Shown: positions 1-12,367 of the stretch, in pieces | Numbering within the stretch: position 1 is the first letter of the stretch | How the letters are laid out: the number at the start of each line of letters is the position of its first letter | Source of the DNA: Lama guanicoe | Taxonomy: Eukaryota | Assembly: GCA_013239625.1 (NCBI GenBank) | Contig: MU053629.1 | Coordinates: forward strand, 4,119,567 to 4,183,566 | Direction of reading: 5' to 3' | Length of the DNA stretch: 64,000 nt | The notes under the pieces: model-generated | Database searches by the model: none | What the model saw: only the letters and a program-made list of their open reading frames with translations | Told to the model about the DNA's origin: nothing | Program-made: the position numbers and the translations under genes

Positions 1-1495
1 AGCTAGGTCTGCCCTGGTCCTCCTGGGAGGGCTGGGGGCTGGCCCCCCGAGCTTCCCTGGCTCCAGGCCACTGGTTCCTGCTGTAAGGAAACAAGCAGCC
101 TCAACATCCGGGAAACAGGCTCGTGTAAGGTACATGATGGGCACAGCCATAGTTCGGGGCGCTCAGGTCCAGTTTTGCTTGTTTCCCAGCAGGCTTGTTG
201 GGGAGGGGGAGTGGCAGCCGCTGGCCCAGGAGAGGGAAACCCCCATGTGCCCTGGAGAGATTGTCCACCTTTCTTTGCGGGTCAGCTCCTCAAGATTCCA
301 TCACCAGAAGGGTTTACTTCCCCGTGTGGATTGCACAGAAGGTAGACGGACTTGTACCTGCAGAGTGGCCGGAGTTCTGAAGGCTTTCAGTACCCTTCGC
401 CCCATACCGTCAAAGAAAAAGACAAGGAGAAACAAAATTAGAAGGAAAGAAAGCAAGAAAGGCTCTTAAAATTAAACAAAACCACCCACAAATAGCCTGG
501 GGTGGGGGGAAGAGACTGTTCCAGATCACGGCAATTGTGGACAGTTTGGCAGCTGAGCTAATGATGACTCATTCGTAGACTCTGGTTGCATAATCCCCCC
601 CGAGCTCAGGCAGGAGAATGAAGCTAGGAAACCAATGCAGTGACATTTAGTAGCAAAAAGGAAGCCCACACAACATTTGTGCAAGGCCATCCAAAAATAG
701 CAGGGCTCCTCCATGCTTGGGTTTGGAAACTATGCATTTTACTTGAAATGCCTGAGTCGTGGCACATTTTTCTTGGACCACCCACCCCCAAATCCAGTTC
801 ATTTCAATTCAGCAAACATTTATGGCTAGCCTACTGTGTGCCAAGGCCCGTGTGAAGGATTTAGGGGTGGAAGATCCAGGGATGCGGGAGACACGATGAG
901 GAAAAGGTGGAAGGAAGAATGAATGGGGTTTGGAGCCAGGGAAGGATGAAGTCCAACCCCAGTGTGGTCCCTTACCAGCTCTGAGCCTTGCTTTCCTTGT
1001 ATGTGGAGTGGGGGTAGCCATGTCCGCATCATTCAATTGAGCAAGGGTTCGATGAGATGAGGTATTGTAAGTGCCCAGCCTGCTGATTAGCACATAGTAG
1101 GGCTTCACCCTATGGCAGTTGCTTCTGCTCCCTATGGAAGAATCCTCTGTGTGTGTGTCTGTGTGTACGCATGTGTGAACTGTAGGAACAAAACTTTATG
1201 GAGAAGCATAAAGCCATAAGGCAGCTCGGTGAGAAGAGCTCTCAGACCTGGTCAAGGTGGTTCAGGGGTTCCCGTAGGGAGGAAGAGGGCTTTGAAATTG
1301 GCCTCTGACTTATTTCAGCTGAACTGACCTGAACTGGCAGACTGCACAGTGGCAGTGTTTTCCCTTCAACGCTCACCAGGTGTCCAGCCTGATGCCAGGC
1401 CCTGAGGATGCCAGGACAAAGGAAAGAAGTCTGTCATCAATTTTTAACCGTCATAACAATCAAAATCGAAATAATAATACAGGGAAGCCATTTGG

Positions 1496-1690
1496 CATCA
1501 TAGTTGTGGGTGCTGGTTCTGAAGACAGATCCCTTGTGTATAAATGCCAGCCCTTTTGCTTCTAGAATTTAACCATTCTCTGCCTTAACTTCCTTTTCTA
1601 GAAATGAGGGTACAAGTAGCAACTTCCTTATAGGGTTGTTGTAAAAAATAATTGAACTAGTGCTTGGAAAGCTCTTAATATCATGCCTAC
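1496..1690 (+). mobile_element. MIR SINE, degraded
   Basis: ctctgccttaacttcc...cttatagggttgttgt...gaaagctctta follows the MIR core and 3' consensus. Confidence 0.7.
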
Positions 1691-2326
1691 CCCCTAAGAA
1701 GAGGATGCTAAAGGGGAGTACCACCGTCTTCATCATCATCATCCCTGCTGCCAGCTCATTGCCATCCCAGAAGAGAAGGAGGTGCAGAGTCCCCTGGGGA
1801 CCAAGGAGAACTTGGAAAGTCAGGGAATGCCAGGGAAAGGAAGTGTGTTTTGAGGGCCATGTAGGAGTTTGCCAGGAGGATTCTGGAAGGAAAATGTATT
1901 CCAGGCAGGGGGATGATATGAGAAAAAAAAAAAGCATGAATGTGCAGGAGATAAATGTTCAGGAAACGGGAAACGACTTGGGCAGAAAGCCAGGCTGAGA
2001 GGATGACCTGAACAGGGAGAGAGAGGTCAGGCGGGAAGGGAGTGAAAATCCTTCCTTTCCTGGTGCAGGTCAGGCAGCCAGGAAGCTCGGGGCCTGCATG
2101 TAAGCTCTCTGTCTCTCTTAACAGCCTTTTGGCTTCTTTCCAGGAGATGTCAGACACAGGCTTTACTGAGAAGGCAGCCATGGTTACTGTCCCATTTTCA
2201 TTGAAAATACTGTCCTTTAATGTTGCCCAGAGCTCTTTGCATAAGGAAACCTCAAGACACATTTGTCTTAGAATTCAGCCAGGAAAAAGTATTGATAAAA
2301 ATGATTTCTAACTTCTAGTGGGAGTT

Positions 2327-2545
2327 TACAATGTGTCATGCTCTGTTCTGAGTGCTTCACATGTATTATTAGCTCATTTAATTCTCACAACAACCATAGG
2401 AAGTAGGCACTATTATTTGTCCTGTCTTATACGTAGACGAATGAATCACAAAGAGGTTAACTAATTTGCCAAACCAACACAACCACTACATGGCAGAGCC
2501 AGGACTCAAATCCTTGGAGTCAGGCTCCAGAGCATGTGCTCCTAA
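2327..2545 (-). mobile_element. MIR SINE
   Basis: gtgcttcacatgtattattagctcatttaattctcacaacaacc...gtaggcactattat...gaggttaactaatttgcc is reverse-complement MIR. Confidence 0.85.
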
Positions 2546-3499
2546 TTCCTTTGTCACACAGAAACCCCTTTTCCTTTTTGTGTTTCCCTTTTTGCCTTGG
2601 CTGCCAGGAGCCTCAGTGAAATTTTGTGATAAAGTGTTGCATCTTCCTTTCATCCAGATTTTCTGGCATTATTTTTTTTTTTCTTTTAAGGCCCTCTGGT
2701 CTTCAGATCCAAGTGACCAATCTAGATTTTCTTCCTGCTACATTCTTCTTTATAATGTGTACTCCTGCTATTCTGGGCTCCTCACTTTTTCCAGGCTTGC
2801 TCTGTATTGTTATCCCTTCACGCCTTTGCTTACACCAGTCCTCCTACCCAGAAGGACTTTCTTTCTCTCTCTCTCTTTTTTAAAAATTTTAATAACATGG
2901 AAATTTTATAATTTTAGTGAGTGGAAATAGTAAGTTACAAAATCACATGTACAGAAATACAATAAGCTCCCATCTTTAGTAAATAACAATTGAAACATAT
3001 CTATGAAAAGAACTCCAGACAGTTATGCATTCAGATAACATTATTTGGATCTGAATGGTAGAATAACAAATTATTTATTTTTTGCTTGCTGCTCTCCGTT
3101 TTCCGAATGTTCACAGAAAAAAAAATATATATATATATTGCTAGAGTGAGCTGTTCTTTTCAAGAAAATCGTAAGTTAAATTTTTATTTTTTTAGAAATT
3201 TAGTTAGCATTTGAAGTATGTTTAAGAGCATGGTTCTGTGGCGTTCAGCACATTCACATTGTTGTGCAACCATCTGGGATGATTTCCTAACCTCAATCTC
3301 AGCTTGGCCACACTCACTCTCTCTCCAGGACGAGAGCAATTTTCACCTTCTGTTAAAAGCTTTCCCCGTCTCCCTCCACTCCGCCAGCAGAGGAGATGGC
3401 TCCTCCTCTCCGCTTCCTCGTGGCAGGGATCTCAGTCCGCACCCTGCATTCTGCGGTAGTGGTCAAGGGTAGCGGTCAAGGGTGCCATGCTGTGGATTT

Positions 3500-3950
3500 G
3501 ACATCGGCTAGCTGGGTAATCTGGGGCGAGTCGCTTCACTTATCTGTGCCTTGGTTTTCTCGCCTTTAAAAATAGACATTATCAGTCCCATTTCACAGAT
3601 GAGGAAATCAGAGCTTATAAAGGTTAAGAAGTTTACCCAAGATCCCTAAGCTTGTAAGTGGTGGGGCACTTTTAAAGCCCTAAAAAACACAGGCTGACTC
3701 TCTCCCTCCCTAAATAATAACACAATAGCACCGCCATCCATTGCTCACTTACTATGTGACAGGCTGTCAGCAAGGCCCTTGATGTGATGGCCCTTTTAAT
3801 CCTGACAGCTAGCCCCATGAGAAGGGTTACTATTATCCCATTTCACAGATACAGAACCTGAGGCCCAGAAAGGTAGATTCATTTGCCTAAATCCCTTGAA
3901 AGAGCCAGGATTTGGTGACTATAAAGAATGCCGTCTTTTTTCCACCACAC
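3500..3950. mobile_element. Cluster of MIR fragments (one + then two -)
   Basis: ctgtgccttggttttctc (+); cccatttcacagatgaggaaatcagag and cccatttcacagatacagaacctgaggcccagaaagg (-). Confidence 0.75.
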
Positions 3951-4352
3951 TGTGCAGAAACCACTGATTTCTAAAGTCTGTAACGAAGGACTAAAATGAG
4001 GGGTGCAAATTATCCTTAAGACAGAGAAGGGTAAGTTCAAAGGAGAGGGTTCATTGAGGACTCGAGAGTACGGAGAAGCCTTCCCAGGAGAGGTGAGGCT
4101 GTGCTGAGCCCTAAAGACTGGCATGGATGGTCTGTCTTTCCTCGGGCCAGTGGTGAGGCTGCCAATCCCTGTAAATAGTCGGCTCCCAGTTAAGACTAGC
4201 GAGGCCGAAATGGGGTTGGGGTCTGGGTCTACTGCCCAGGAAAGGAGGCTGAACCCCAAGCCCCAGCCAGAGACAGCCAGTGCTAAAGATGAGATCTACC
4301 CAGGAGATGCCACATTAGACTGAGGGGGACCCTCGGGTCTGGATGCAGAGGC

Positions 4353-4374
4353 ACACCCGGTAGACACCCGGTAG
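4353..4374. repeat. Perfect 11-bp tandem duplication (ACACCCGGTAG x2)
   Basis: Read directly from the sequence. Confidence 0.9.
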
Positions 4375-6201
4375 ACAGAGGAAGTGTGGGGAGACCCCAT
4401 GGTTGATTCTCAAGGGGTCTCCCTCCCATAGTCACAAGACTCCTTTCCTGAAAGCCACCGCCTCTGCCCTGTGGGTGCCCCTCGGCCAGTCTTTATGACT
4501 GAGAGATTCAGACCGAGGGGACAAATTAGGCAGAGTCCAGAAGACACATGGGGAAAGGCAATCTGGAAACAGCTGTTTATTTACCTTTGAGGCTTTCCTG
4601 GGAAGTCGCAGCCTTATCTCTTCCTAAAGTCGATCCTCCAGGCCCTGCTTGTCAAAGCTTCGCTGCTTTGGTTCGGGTCTGTGTGCTAGAAAGAAACGTC
4701 ACTGCCCTTCTGAGGAAGTGCTGGTACCTCGGACCCTTGGGAACAAAGACTGGCCTTCCCGCTTGCTGTCTTCTGTTTCCCTGCTGGTGAGCGCTCGCCG
4801 GGCCCACATCATGCTCAGGCTACGGCCAGCACTGCGTGTTTGTTTTTTCCCAAAGGGAAGAGAGTTGATCGTGGGTACCAGCAGGGACCTCTACAGCTTT
4901 TTGAGCCTTACTCTGTTCGACCACTTCTCCCCGCAATCCCACGAAGTAGGTCTGGTTATGGACTCATTTTCCGGACAAGGGATCTCGGGTCACACAGCTG
5001 AGAACCGGCCAAGCTGAGATTTGAGCCCAGGCTCGTCTGATTCCAAATCTGTGGCCCCCAGGTGCTCTCTAGGGGTTGTGTGGGGGGGTAAGGTGGGGCA
5101 CCGTCTTTCCTGGTTTCATCCCCAAATGCTGTCACTTGTGATTCGCCCCATCATTCCCTTTGTATTTTAAGCCATGAACTTGACCAAAGGTAGAGATATA
5201 GAGAAGCCAGAAAATGGATGAACTCAGTGCCCTGTGGTGACAGGGTGCGGGGGAGGGGGGGACTCTGAGAGGTCACCTGACCCAGATTGAGGGGAGGCAT
5301 TTAGAGGTTTCCTGAAGGATGCAACAGCTAAGCTGCAACAAGGGATGAGCAAGAGTTAACAAAGTAGAGAGAGAGGAAATGGATTCAGGCAGAGATAAGA
5401 GTCCGTGTAAAGGTCTGGGGGTGGGGGACAGAGTGGGACGGGTGGAGCCCTGGGCGTGGTAGGAGATGCGGCTGGTGGAGGTAGCAGGGACTTCTTGGTC
5501 CTTCTAAGGAATTTCGACTTTCTTGTGATGGAGCGCTAGGAAGCCACTGAAGGATTTCCAGCAGGAGGATAATGAGGCCACCACAGACAGACGGAGCGTG
5601 GGGTGAGCTCTGTTCTCCCTCCTTTCAAGGAGGCAGCCGTGACACTGTGGACAGCACACGGAGCCCTGATGCTTAATCCCTAAGGTGACCTTAGGCAAGT
5701 CATTTCCTCTCCTGGGACTCAGTTTCCTCATCTGTGAAAACTGAAGAGGTTCACCAAGCAGCCACTGGGATTCCTTCCAGCTCTCACATTCTAAGAGGGG
5801 AAGGAAGGCCCCTTCAAGGGGAGACAGCGAGGTTACTAGGTCTCTTTGGATTCCTCTGGGCTGTTCTACAGAAGCGAGAAGGCAGATATGAGTTTGGATT
5901 TCAGGTGAGAGGTCTGGTGGAAGAGGGAAATTAGGGAACCCCTGACATAGATGATGTTTGAGGCCATGGGGCTGGGCGGGGTGACCCGGGGGCGAGTCCT
6001 CTCACCTTACCCATCCTTCTGAAATGAGGTGACAAGAGACACTTCTGCAGAGGATTGCCGTGGGGACAGAATGGGATGGTGCAGAGACATCCAATCTGTG
6101 GCAGGTACAATGGGGGCATGTCAGGCAGAGACACACAAAGGCCCCAGCAGTCAGAAGCAAGGAAGTTACCAGATAGTAGCTAGATTAAGGTGAACAGGCC
6201 T

Positions 6202-6239
6202 GGGTTTCGTCTTGACGGGGGGGTTTCGTCTTGACGGGG
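6202..6239. repeat. Perfect 19-bp tandem duplication (GGGTTTCGTCTTGACGGGG x2)
   Basis: Read directly from the sequence. Confidence 0.95.
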
Positions 6240-6674
6240 AGGCGGGGATGTCCAGACCTCCCGCTAGCTGGGTGTTGGCTACATCAGTAACACGGCCTGG
6301 ACTGAAGGACCACGGAATCTATTCTCTGCAGAGACAGTGCCCTCTCTACCAGGGGCGGGGCCTTGGGGTCTACCATTAGTAATCTGCATGTAGTCTCCCC
6401 TTCTCAAGCTCTCTGCTGCTGTCCACAGTCACCCTCCTTTCCTGCCTCCCTGTGTCCATCTGTAATAGCTAAATTTTAGGTGCTGGGTACCTCAACCTGC
6501 CAGGCTATGCATCTCACATTCATTCATCATCCCTTTTCATCCCCACAGCATCTCTTGTGTGGAAGGTTCTCTTGTTACCCCACTGAGAGAAGAGGAGTCC
6601 AGTGCCACCACTCACTCCCAAGGTCCCCCACATCCAGCCCATGGCTTATTCTGAGGGCTTCTGAAGTTCTGTCT

Positions 6675-6960
6675 CCAATCAGACCTCTCTTCTGAACTCC
6701 CAGCTCATACATTCAACTGCCTTCTGAGAAGTCCCACTCAGATGTCCAACAGGGACCACAAACAAAGTATGTCCAGAATGGAACTCCTGATCTTCACTGT
6801 CCCAGCCTGGGTCACGCACGTCTTCCCTGTCTCGGTTAAAGGCAACTCCATCTTTCTAGCTGTTTAGGTAAAAACAAAAACAAAAACCAAACAGCAAGCA
6901 CCATCCTTGATTCCTCTGTAGCTCTCATGCCCCGTGTGCAGTCAATTTCCCTCGGCTCGC
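6675..6960 (+). mobile_element. LINE-2 fragment
   Basis: ctctcttctgaactcc...caactgcctt...tatgtccagaatggaactcctgatcttc...ggcaactccatctttctagctg...ccatccttgattcctct resembles the L2 3' region. Confidence 0.75.
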
Positions 6961-9900
6961 TGTGAGGCGTGCTTGGTTTTAAAGGAAACTTCCATGAGGT
7001 CACAGGGGTTAGGGGACAGTCTTCTGGGAAAACAGGGAAGGGGTAACTCTGAGGGGATATTTCTCTTTTCTCAGGGCCGCATAAATCAGTGACGTCCCCA
7101 ACAAAGGAGAAAGGCAAGGGGAGGCAGGGGTCTCCCAGTTTGCTCCCTGGGGAAAATCCTTGTGGGAATGTGGGGCAGCAGAACCCTCATGGAGGGTCCC
7201 TGGAAAGAGGGAGAACCAGAGAAATCAAGACGTTAGAACAAAACAGAGCAAGAAAAGAAAGCCCAGCTTCTGCAGATGGTGTCCGTGGAAGAGAAACACG
7301 CCTGGCAGGTTGACGGGCACAGCCACCCACTCTCCACCAGGCGCGCGCACTTGCGCCCACTGCTCTGACCCTGGAGGACGGGCTCCGTGTGCCCCGGGGC
7401 TTGTGACCCCGGCCTGGCTGGTCACCTGGCACCGCATGCAGACTTCATGCCTCTGGGGTTGCCCTCTGCAACATCAGGCCTGGTGTCACAAGTGGCCTTA
7501 CTGCATGTGATAAAAGGCCATCTGCTGGCTGGGAACCACGATCCCTCTGACTTCTTGGCAGAAGAGGGTGACTCTCTCCTTCCTCGAGACTCAGAAGGGT
7601 AGAAGGACTGCTGGCTTGTCCGTCAGCTGGAGAAGTCCGTGCCTGCCGAGCTGGGCTACCTAAATTTCAGTCTCACTGTCTCTGACTTGCTGTGTGACCT
7701 CAGGCCAGTTACTCACCCTCTCAGATACCCTAACTTTAAAGCAAGCAGGGTTAGATAAAATGATCCCCACCAGTTCCTCCAGGACAGAGATCGTGTCTTC
7801 CTAATTGTTTCCTGTGGTCCCTCAATTGAGAGGCAAGAGAGTACATTCAGTTTAAGAGCGATTGTCTCTGTTGTAATATGTTCCTGTTGGGGTGTGTGTG
7901 CGTGTGTGTGTCTGTGTGTGTGTGTGTTATTTGAACCAGATGTTTTCATTCTATGTGCAAAGTTATAAATGGCTCCCATTGTCCTGTGGCTGGGGACAGA
8001 GAGCAGAGGTTTTACCCGGATGCCAAATGTGTCTTAAGTTTCTGCTAAACTCCAAGCTCCAGGGACCAAACCACAACCCACTTAGCCCAAACAAAGCCCC
8101 CTCCAAGTTCCACTTCCCCAAAACTTCCCTGCACCTTCGAGGAGCAACCATGTCCCCGAATTACAGATCTGTCCCAGCACCCGCATGAGAACGGCTGAGC
8201 CTCAAGGTCAAAGCCTGGGGGAGTGAAGAGAAGCTGTGTGGGAGTCAGAGTGGACTTGAGTGCCGTCCGGTTCTGAAGACGGGGTCTGCGTGGTGGTGGG
8301 TGCGGAGGGAGGGAATAGGTTTTCAAAGCTTTCGATGGAAGCCATCTAAAAAGCAGCGTGCTGCCCAGCATCAGCTGCGCCTGGCATTTGCACGTGCCTT
8401 CCCAGCGCCAGGTGTGGTCCAGCACACGGTTACTGTCGAGCTCACCGCTCTAGGCACAGGCAGGCTCAGATCAGCTGGAACCTCCCGAGAAGCATACGGA
8501 ACTCCCAGATCTGTCTAAAAGTGGAGTTCAGAGAGGTTAAATAGCTTGCCCAAGGGCACACAGCCTGTTGAGGGAGTGGCCCAACAGGGCCTCTGCTTTC
8601 AGAGCCCCTGCTTTTCCATAATACTTTGGAGAGTCCAGTTAGGGCCCTGACTTGCCAGGAGGTGTGGGGCCCATCGCCTAACCTCTCTCTGGCAGAGGGA
8701 TGACCATGTTACCTGCTTGCCTCCCTGCCGGGATGTCCTGAGGATCCAGGGCGCAGAATCACAGGGGCAAGGGAGGTACTCACAGCATCACAGCGCATGA
8801 GCAGGGCAAGGAGGGGATGGCGGTCCAGTCCTGCTGGGTACAGAGACTGAGGGTGGGCTGGGGAACCCTGCTTAAAGGGAGACGCTGGGAGGCCGGGCTG
8901 CCCACCTAACTTCCTTCCCCCCTCCCCCAGGCCACGGGTCTCCCCAGGCCCCCTTCCCTTGAATCTGATCACACCAACACCTGGTTTGCATCAAGGAGCT
9001 CCAGACTCCTGAGGGGGGCCTCTTGTGGAAACTCACTTCTCCCAGTTACAGAGGGCTTTACAGCTTACCATGCATTTCCATCACTTTTTATTTTGATCTC
9101 CGCACGCCTCCCTGAGGAGAGCAGGAAAGGCATTATTATCCCAACTTTACAGCCGCGTGGAAGGGACCCTGCAGACCACAGCCCAGCCCCCACTCCCTTT
9201 ACAGAGGCAGATAACGAGGCCCAGAGAGGGGAAGTCGGTTGCCCAAGGCCACACAGGTAATGAACAGCAGAGCAGGACACGAAATGAACTCTTCCAGTTT
9301 CAGGTGGTGGACTTCCTCATCCATTATTTGACCCAGGGTGTTCAGACCCTTAGGACCTCCGGCTGGAAGTTGCCTTTTAAACCAAACTCCCTTAAAAGTG
9401 TTTCCCCCAACATCTGTCTTTCCCTCGTGAAAGTCAGGGGACGATTAGGCAAGAAACAAGGTTGTGCCATGATTCGGACCCTGCGTCCTCTGCCGGGTTA
9501 TGTGAGGGGAGGGGGCTGATGGGGGGCGGTCATGAGGGATGTGGCGGCTGCCGGCCTCCAGTTCCCGTGGTGCCCTGCAGCCACGTGGTCGGTGGTGGCT
9601 GGCCCGTGTCCTCCTCCTTTTTCATCCCCTCCCCCGGCCCTGGCCTGTGGTTACTGATGACGCAATCCTCCTCTGTGGCCGCGAGAACCCTCTCAGTGAG
9701 GATCCACTTAATCACCATCGCACGGCAGAAAATGTGACTCAGAGTTTCTTTAATCACTAGAGCCAGAAAGAAGGCTGAAACAAATTGAGTTTTATCAACA
9801 GATCCCTCCATTTTACCCAGAAACTTTCACTACCCTGAACCTGCCCCCGCCCCGCTCCCCGTTCCCTGAGCTTTCCCGCTTAACAGAGTATTGACTGAAC

Positions 9901-10459
9901 GTACATTTCCAAAGTCTGAGTCTGAGAGGAGGGGAAAGGGAAAATCCCCAATAATCAGAAACACAAGAGACTTGGCTAAAGTTTTACTCCCCCAATAGAT
10001 TTGGGAAGGATGCCGGGGGGGGGGGCATCCCAACAAATTAATCAAGCAAGTAACAGGCTGAGGTCTAGCCTGAAGCCAAAGTTTTGCAGATGAGGCCTGT
10101 AAGCAAATGCTAAGGGTGTGGAGGGTTTATCAGGGAAAACCCAGCAGAATTTTAACCAGCAACTCAAACGGAAGTTGCTGTACTTCCGTGGTGTGTGCCA
10201 GATCTGGGTAGCAGCTGGGTCTTGATTTCCAGCAAGGAGAGTGTGTCCTCTCCTCTTCCAATTTCCAACTGAGAAATTCCTCTTCCACTTTGAAATCTTT
10301 CATAATTCACTCCCTTCCTTCCTCTCTACATCCCACCCCCAAAACTATCCGTATGTGTAAATGGACGTCATAACCAACTCATCTTGTCGAGACCAGATCA
10401 GGGATATTAACTCCAGGCCTTTGGGGTAAGTAGGCAGCCATCTTGAGCCCAGTCCTCCT

Positions 10460-10845
10460 TCCCAGTATGATCCTGAGCATTCAGTGGCTCCCCATTGCCT
10501 TTAAGAAAAATCTTAGACCTCTTTGTATGACATCTCAGGTCCTCCAGTTGGGACCCAAGTCGTGTCTCCAGCTTCACCTCCAACAACTCCCCATCATATA
10601 CCAGCAGCCCCAGCCAAACTCCCTGAAACATATGAGGGCCAAAAATCGTTTTCCTTCCCCTGGACACAGTGACACTTCCCTGCCCTGTCTGCAACACTGA
10701 TTCTCGGGGCACTTTTTTGACCATATGTAATTACAAGCGTGACCAGTGTAATCCATCATCTGTATATATCCTATTTCTTCAACCATACAGTAAAAATAAT
10801 GAGTCTTCTGAATGAATGAAATAACGAATGAATGAATGAATGAAT
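10460..10845 (+). mobile_element. LINE-2 3' end
   Basis: tcagtggctccccattgcctt... ending in the characteristic (TGAA)n tail at about 10809-10845. Confidence 0.7.
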
Positions 10846-11936
10846 TTGCAATTAGCCCTTCACCAGCACTCCATGGCAAGGCAGAAACAGAATGGTTTGC
10901 TCAAGGCGTCTGCAGTTCAATGTTCCGCACAGAGAAAGGCAAACTGCCCTGACAATCTATTAGCAGCCTGCAGGTTAGCTCATTTAACTGAGCAACTTCA
11001 TTAGGGGTTGTTAGCACATCAAAGCAGGGTTTACTGAGCCTAGAAAAACGTCACATTGTGTCCAGGGTCCTCAAACTTCTCTAGAGCTAGGTGATAACAT
11101 CTTGCTTTCTTTTTAGGAGAAAAAGAGTTTCCTTTCCCTGAACATACAATAGCTTTGTTCCTTCTGTTGACTAAGTTGTCAAGCTGCCTTGAGTTATTTA
11201 AAGAGACAGAAAACGTCTTTGTTCCTCAGTGATGTTCTCCTTGGATTCCAGTCACTGACAGTGAACAGCTTCACTATTATGAGATGTCGCTGCTTGCTTT
11301 TAAAAGGACACCACTCTATCCATCGCTACTCCGTTTTTTCGGTTGCTATCTGTACACGGAATTGTTCTGGCCCCATTAAAGTTGTTTCTGTGGATATCAC
11401 CCTTCTTTAATGTTGATATAAAATGTCCCCTTCCCTAAGGGGGGAAAAATAAAAACCCACCTCCCTCCTCTTTTTCTATTTTTTTTTTAAGGGCTAATAG
11501 CTCCACTTTGCAAACCTGTTATTTAAGCCCCAGCAGTTGGCACCCAAGGATACCGCTGCTTTGCTGAAACAGATAAATGAGGTGGCTGCCCCGGTTACCA
11601 CCGAGACAAAAGCACGCTTTCCGGGATAACGAGGGCCCCATCTAGGAGCCTCAGACCCTCCCCCTCCCCCCTTGTGAGATCTCCTGCTTTTGGTTCAAAT
11701 AGGAATGGAGAATTGCTTCTCCTGCTGACTTTTGACTTTGGGGGGTCTTAGTGGGGAGCAGAGGGGAGGGCGAGCTAATCTAAGACATGCCTGATCTAGT
11801 GGGTGGGGGCCCCGGGCTGGGGGCCCGCGGGGCCAGGCTCACACTCTGACTCAACCAGCCGTTTGGTGACCATGAACCAATCCCCTCCTCCTCTCTGGGC
11901 CTCAGTTTTCCCAGCTACAAACTGAGGGAGGGTCAT

Positions 11937-12367
11937 TGTCTTGGTTCGTGTTGCCCCAGAGGCTGACCTCAAGTCACGGATTCAGGTGTAAGTAGTTCAT
12001 TTGGGAGGTGATCACTGGATACCCAGGTGGAGGAGTGTGGAAGTGAGACAGAGAGGGAAGGAAGCGAGTACAAGGCGTGCTGTTGAGTATGCCATCACCA
12101 TGGCAACTGGGGCTCCATCCAGCTGGGGGTCTCTGGGAGACAGAGCTGGAGCGCACCTCGGAGTTCTCCTGCGCAGGCTAGGGATGAATTCACCACTTCT
12201 GCATCCGTCTTTAATCGAGGGCTGTTTCCAGGAGCAATCATTCTTGGGTACTCCGGGCTTTGCCCTACACTGGCCCACCATGCTTGCAAGTATTGGAAGG
12301 AAGTAGCTTTCGGCGTCAGGGTGAGTGCTGAGGAGATGCAGGGAAGGCACTGACAGCATCTCTGTAA
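11937..12367 (-). mobile_element. Ancient ERVL solo LTR (LTR16/LTR33-like)
   Basis: tgtcttgg...ggattcaggtgtaagtagttcatttgggaggtgatc...ggaagtgagacag...ggcaactggggctc...cactgacagcatct resembles the reverse complement of the LTR16/33 group. Confidence 0.75.
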
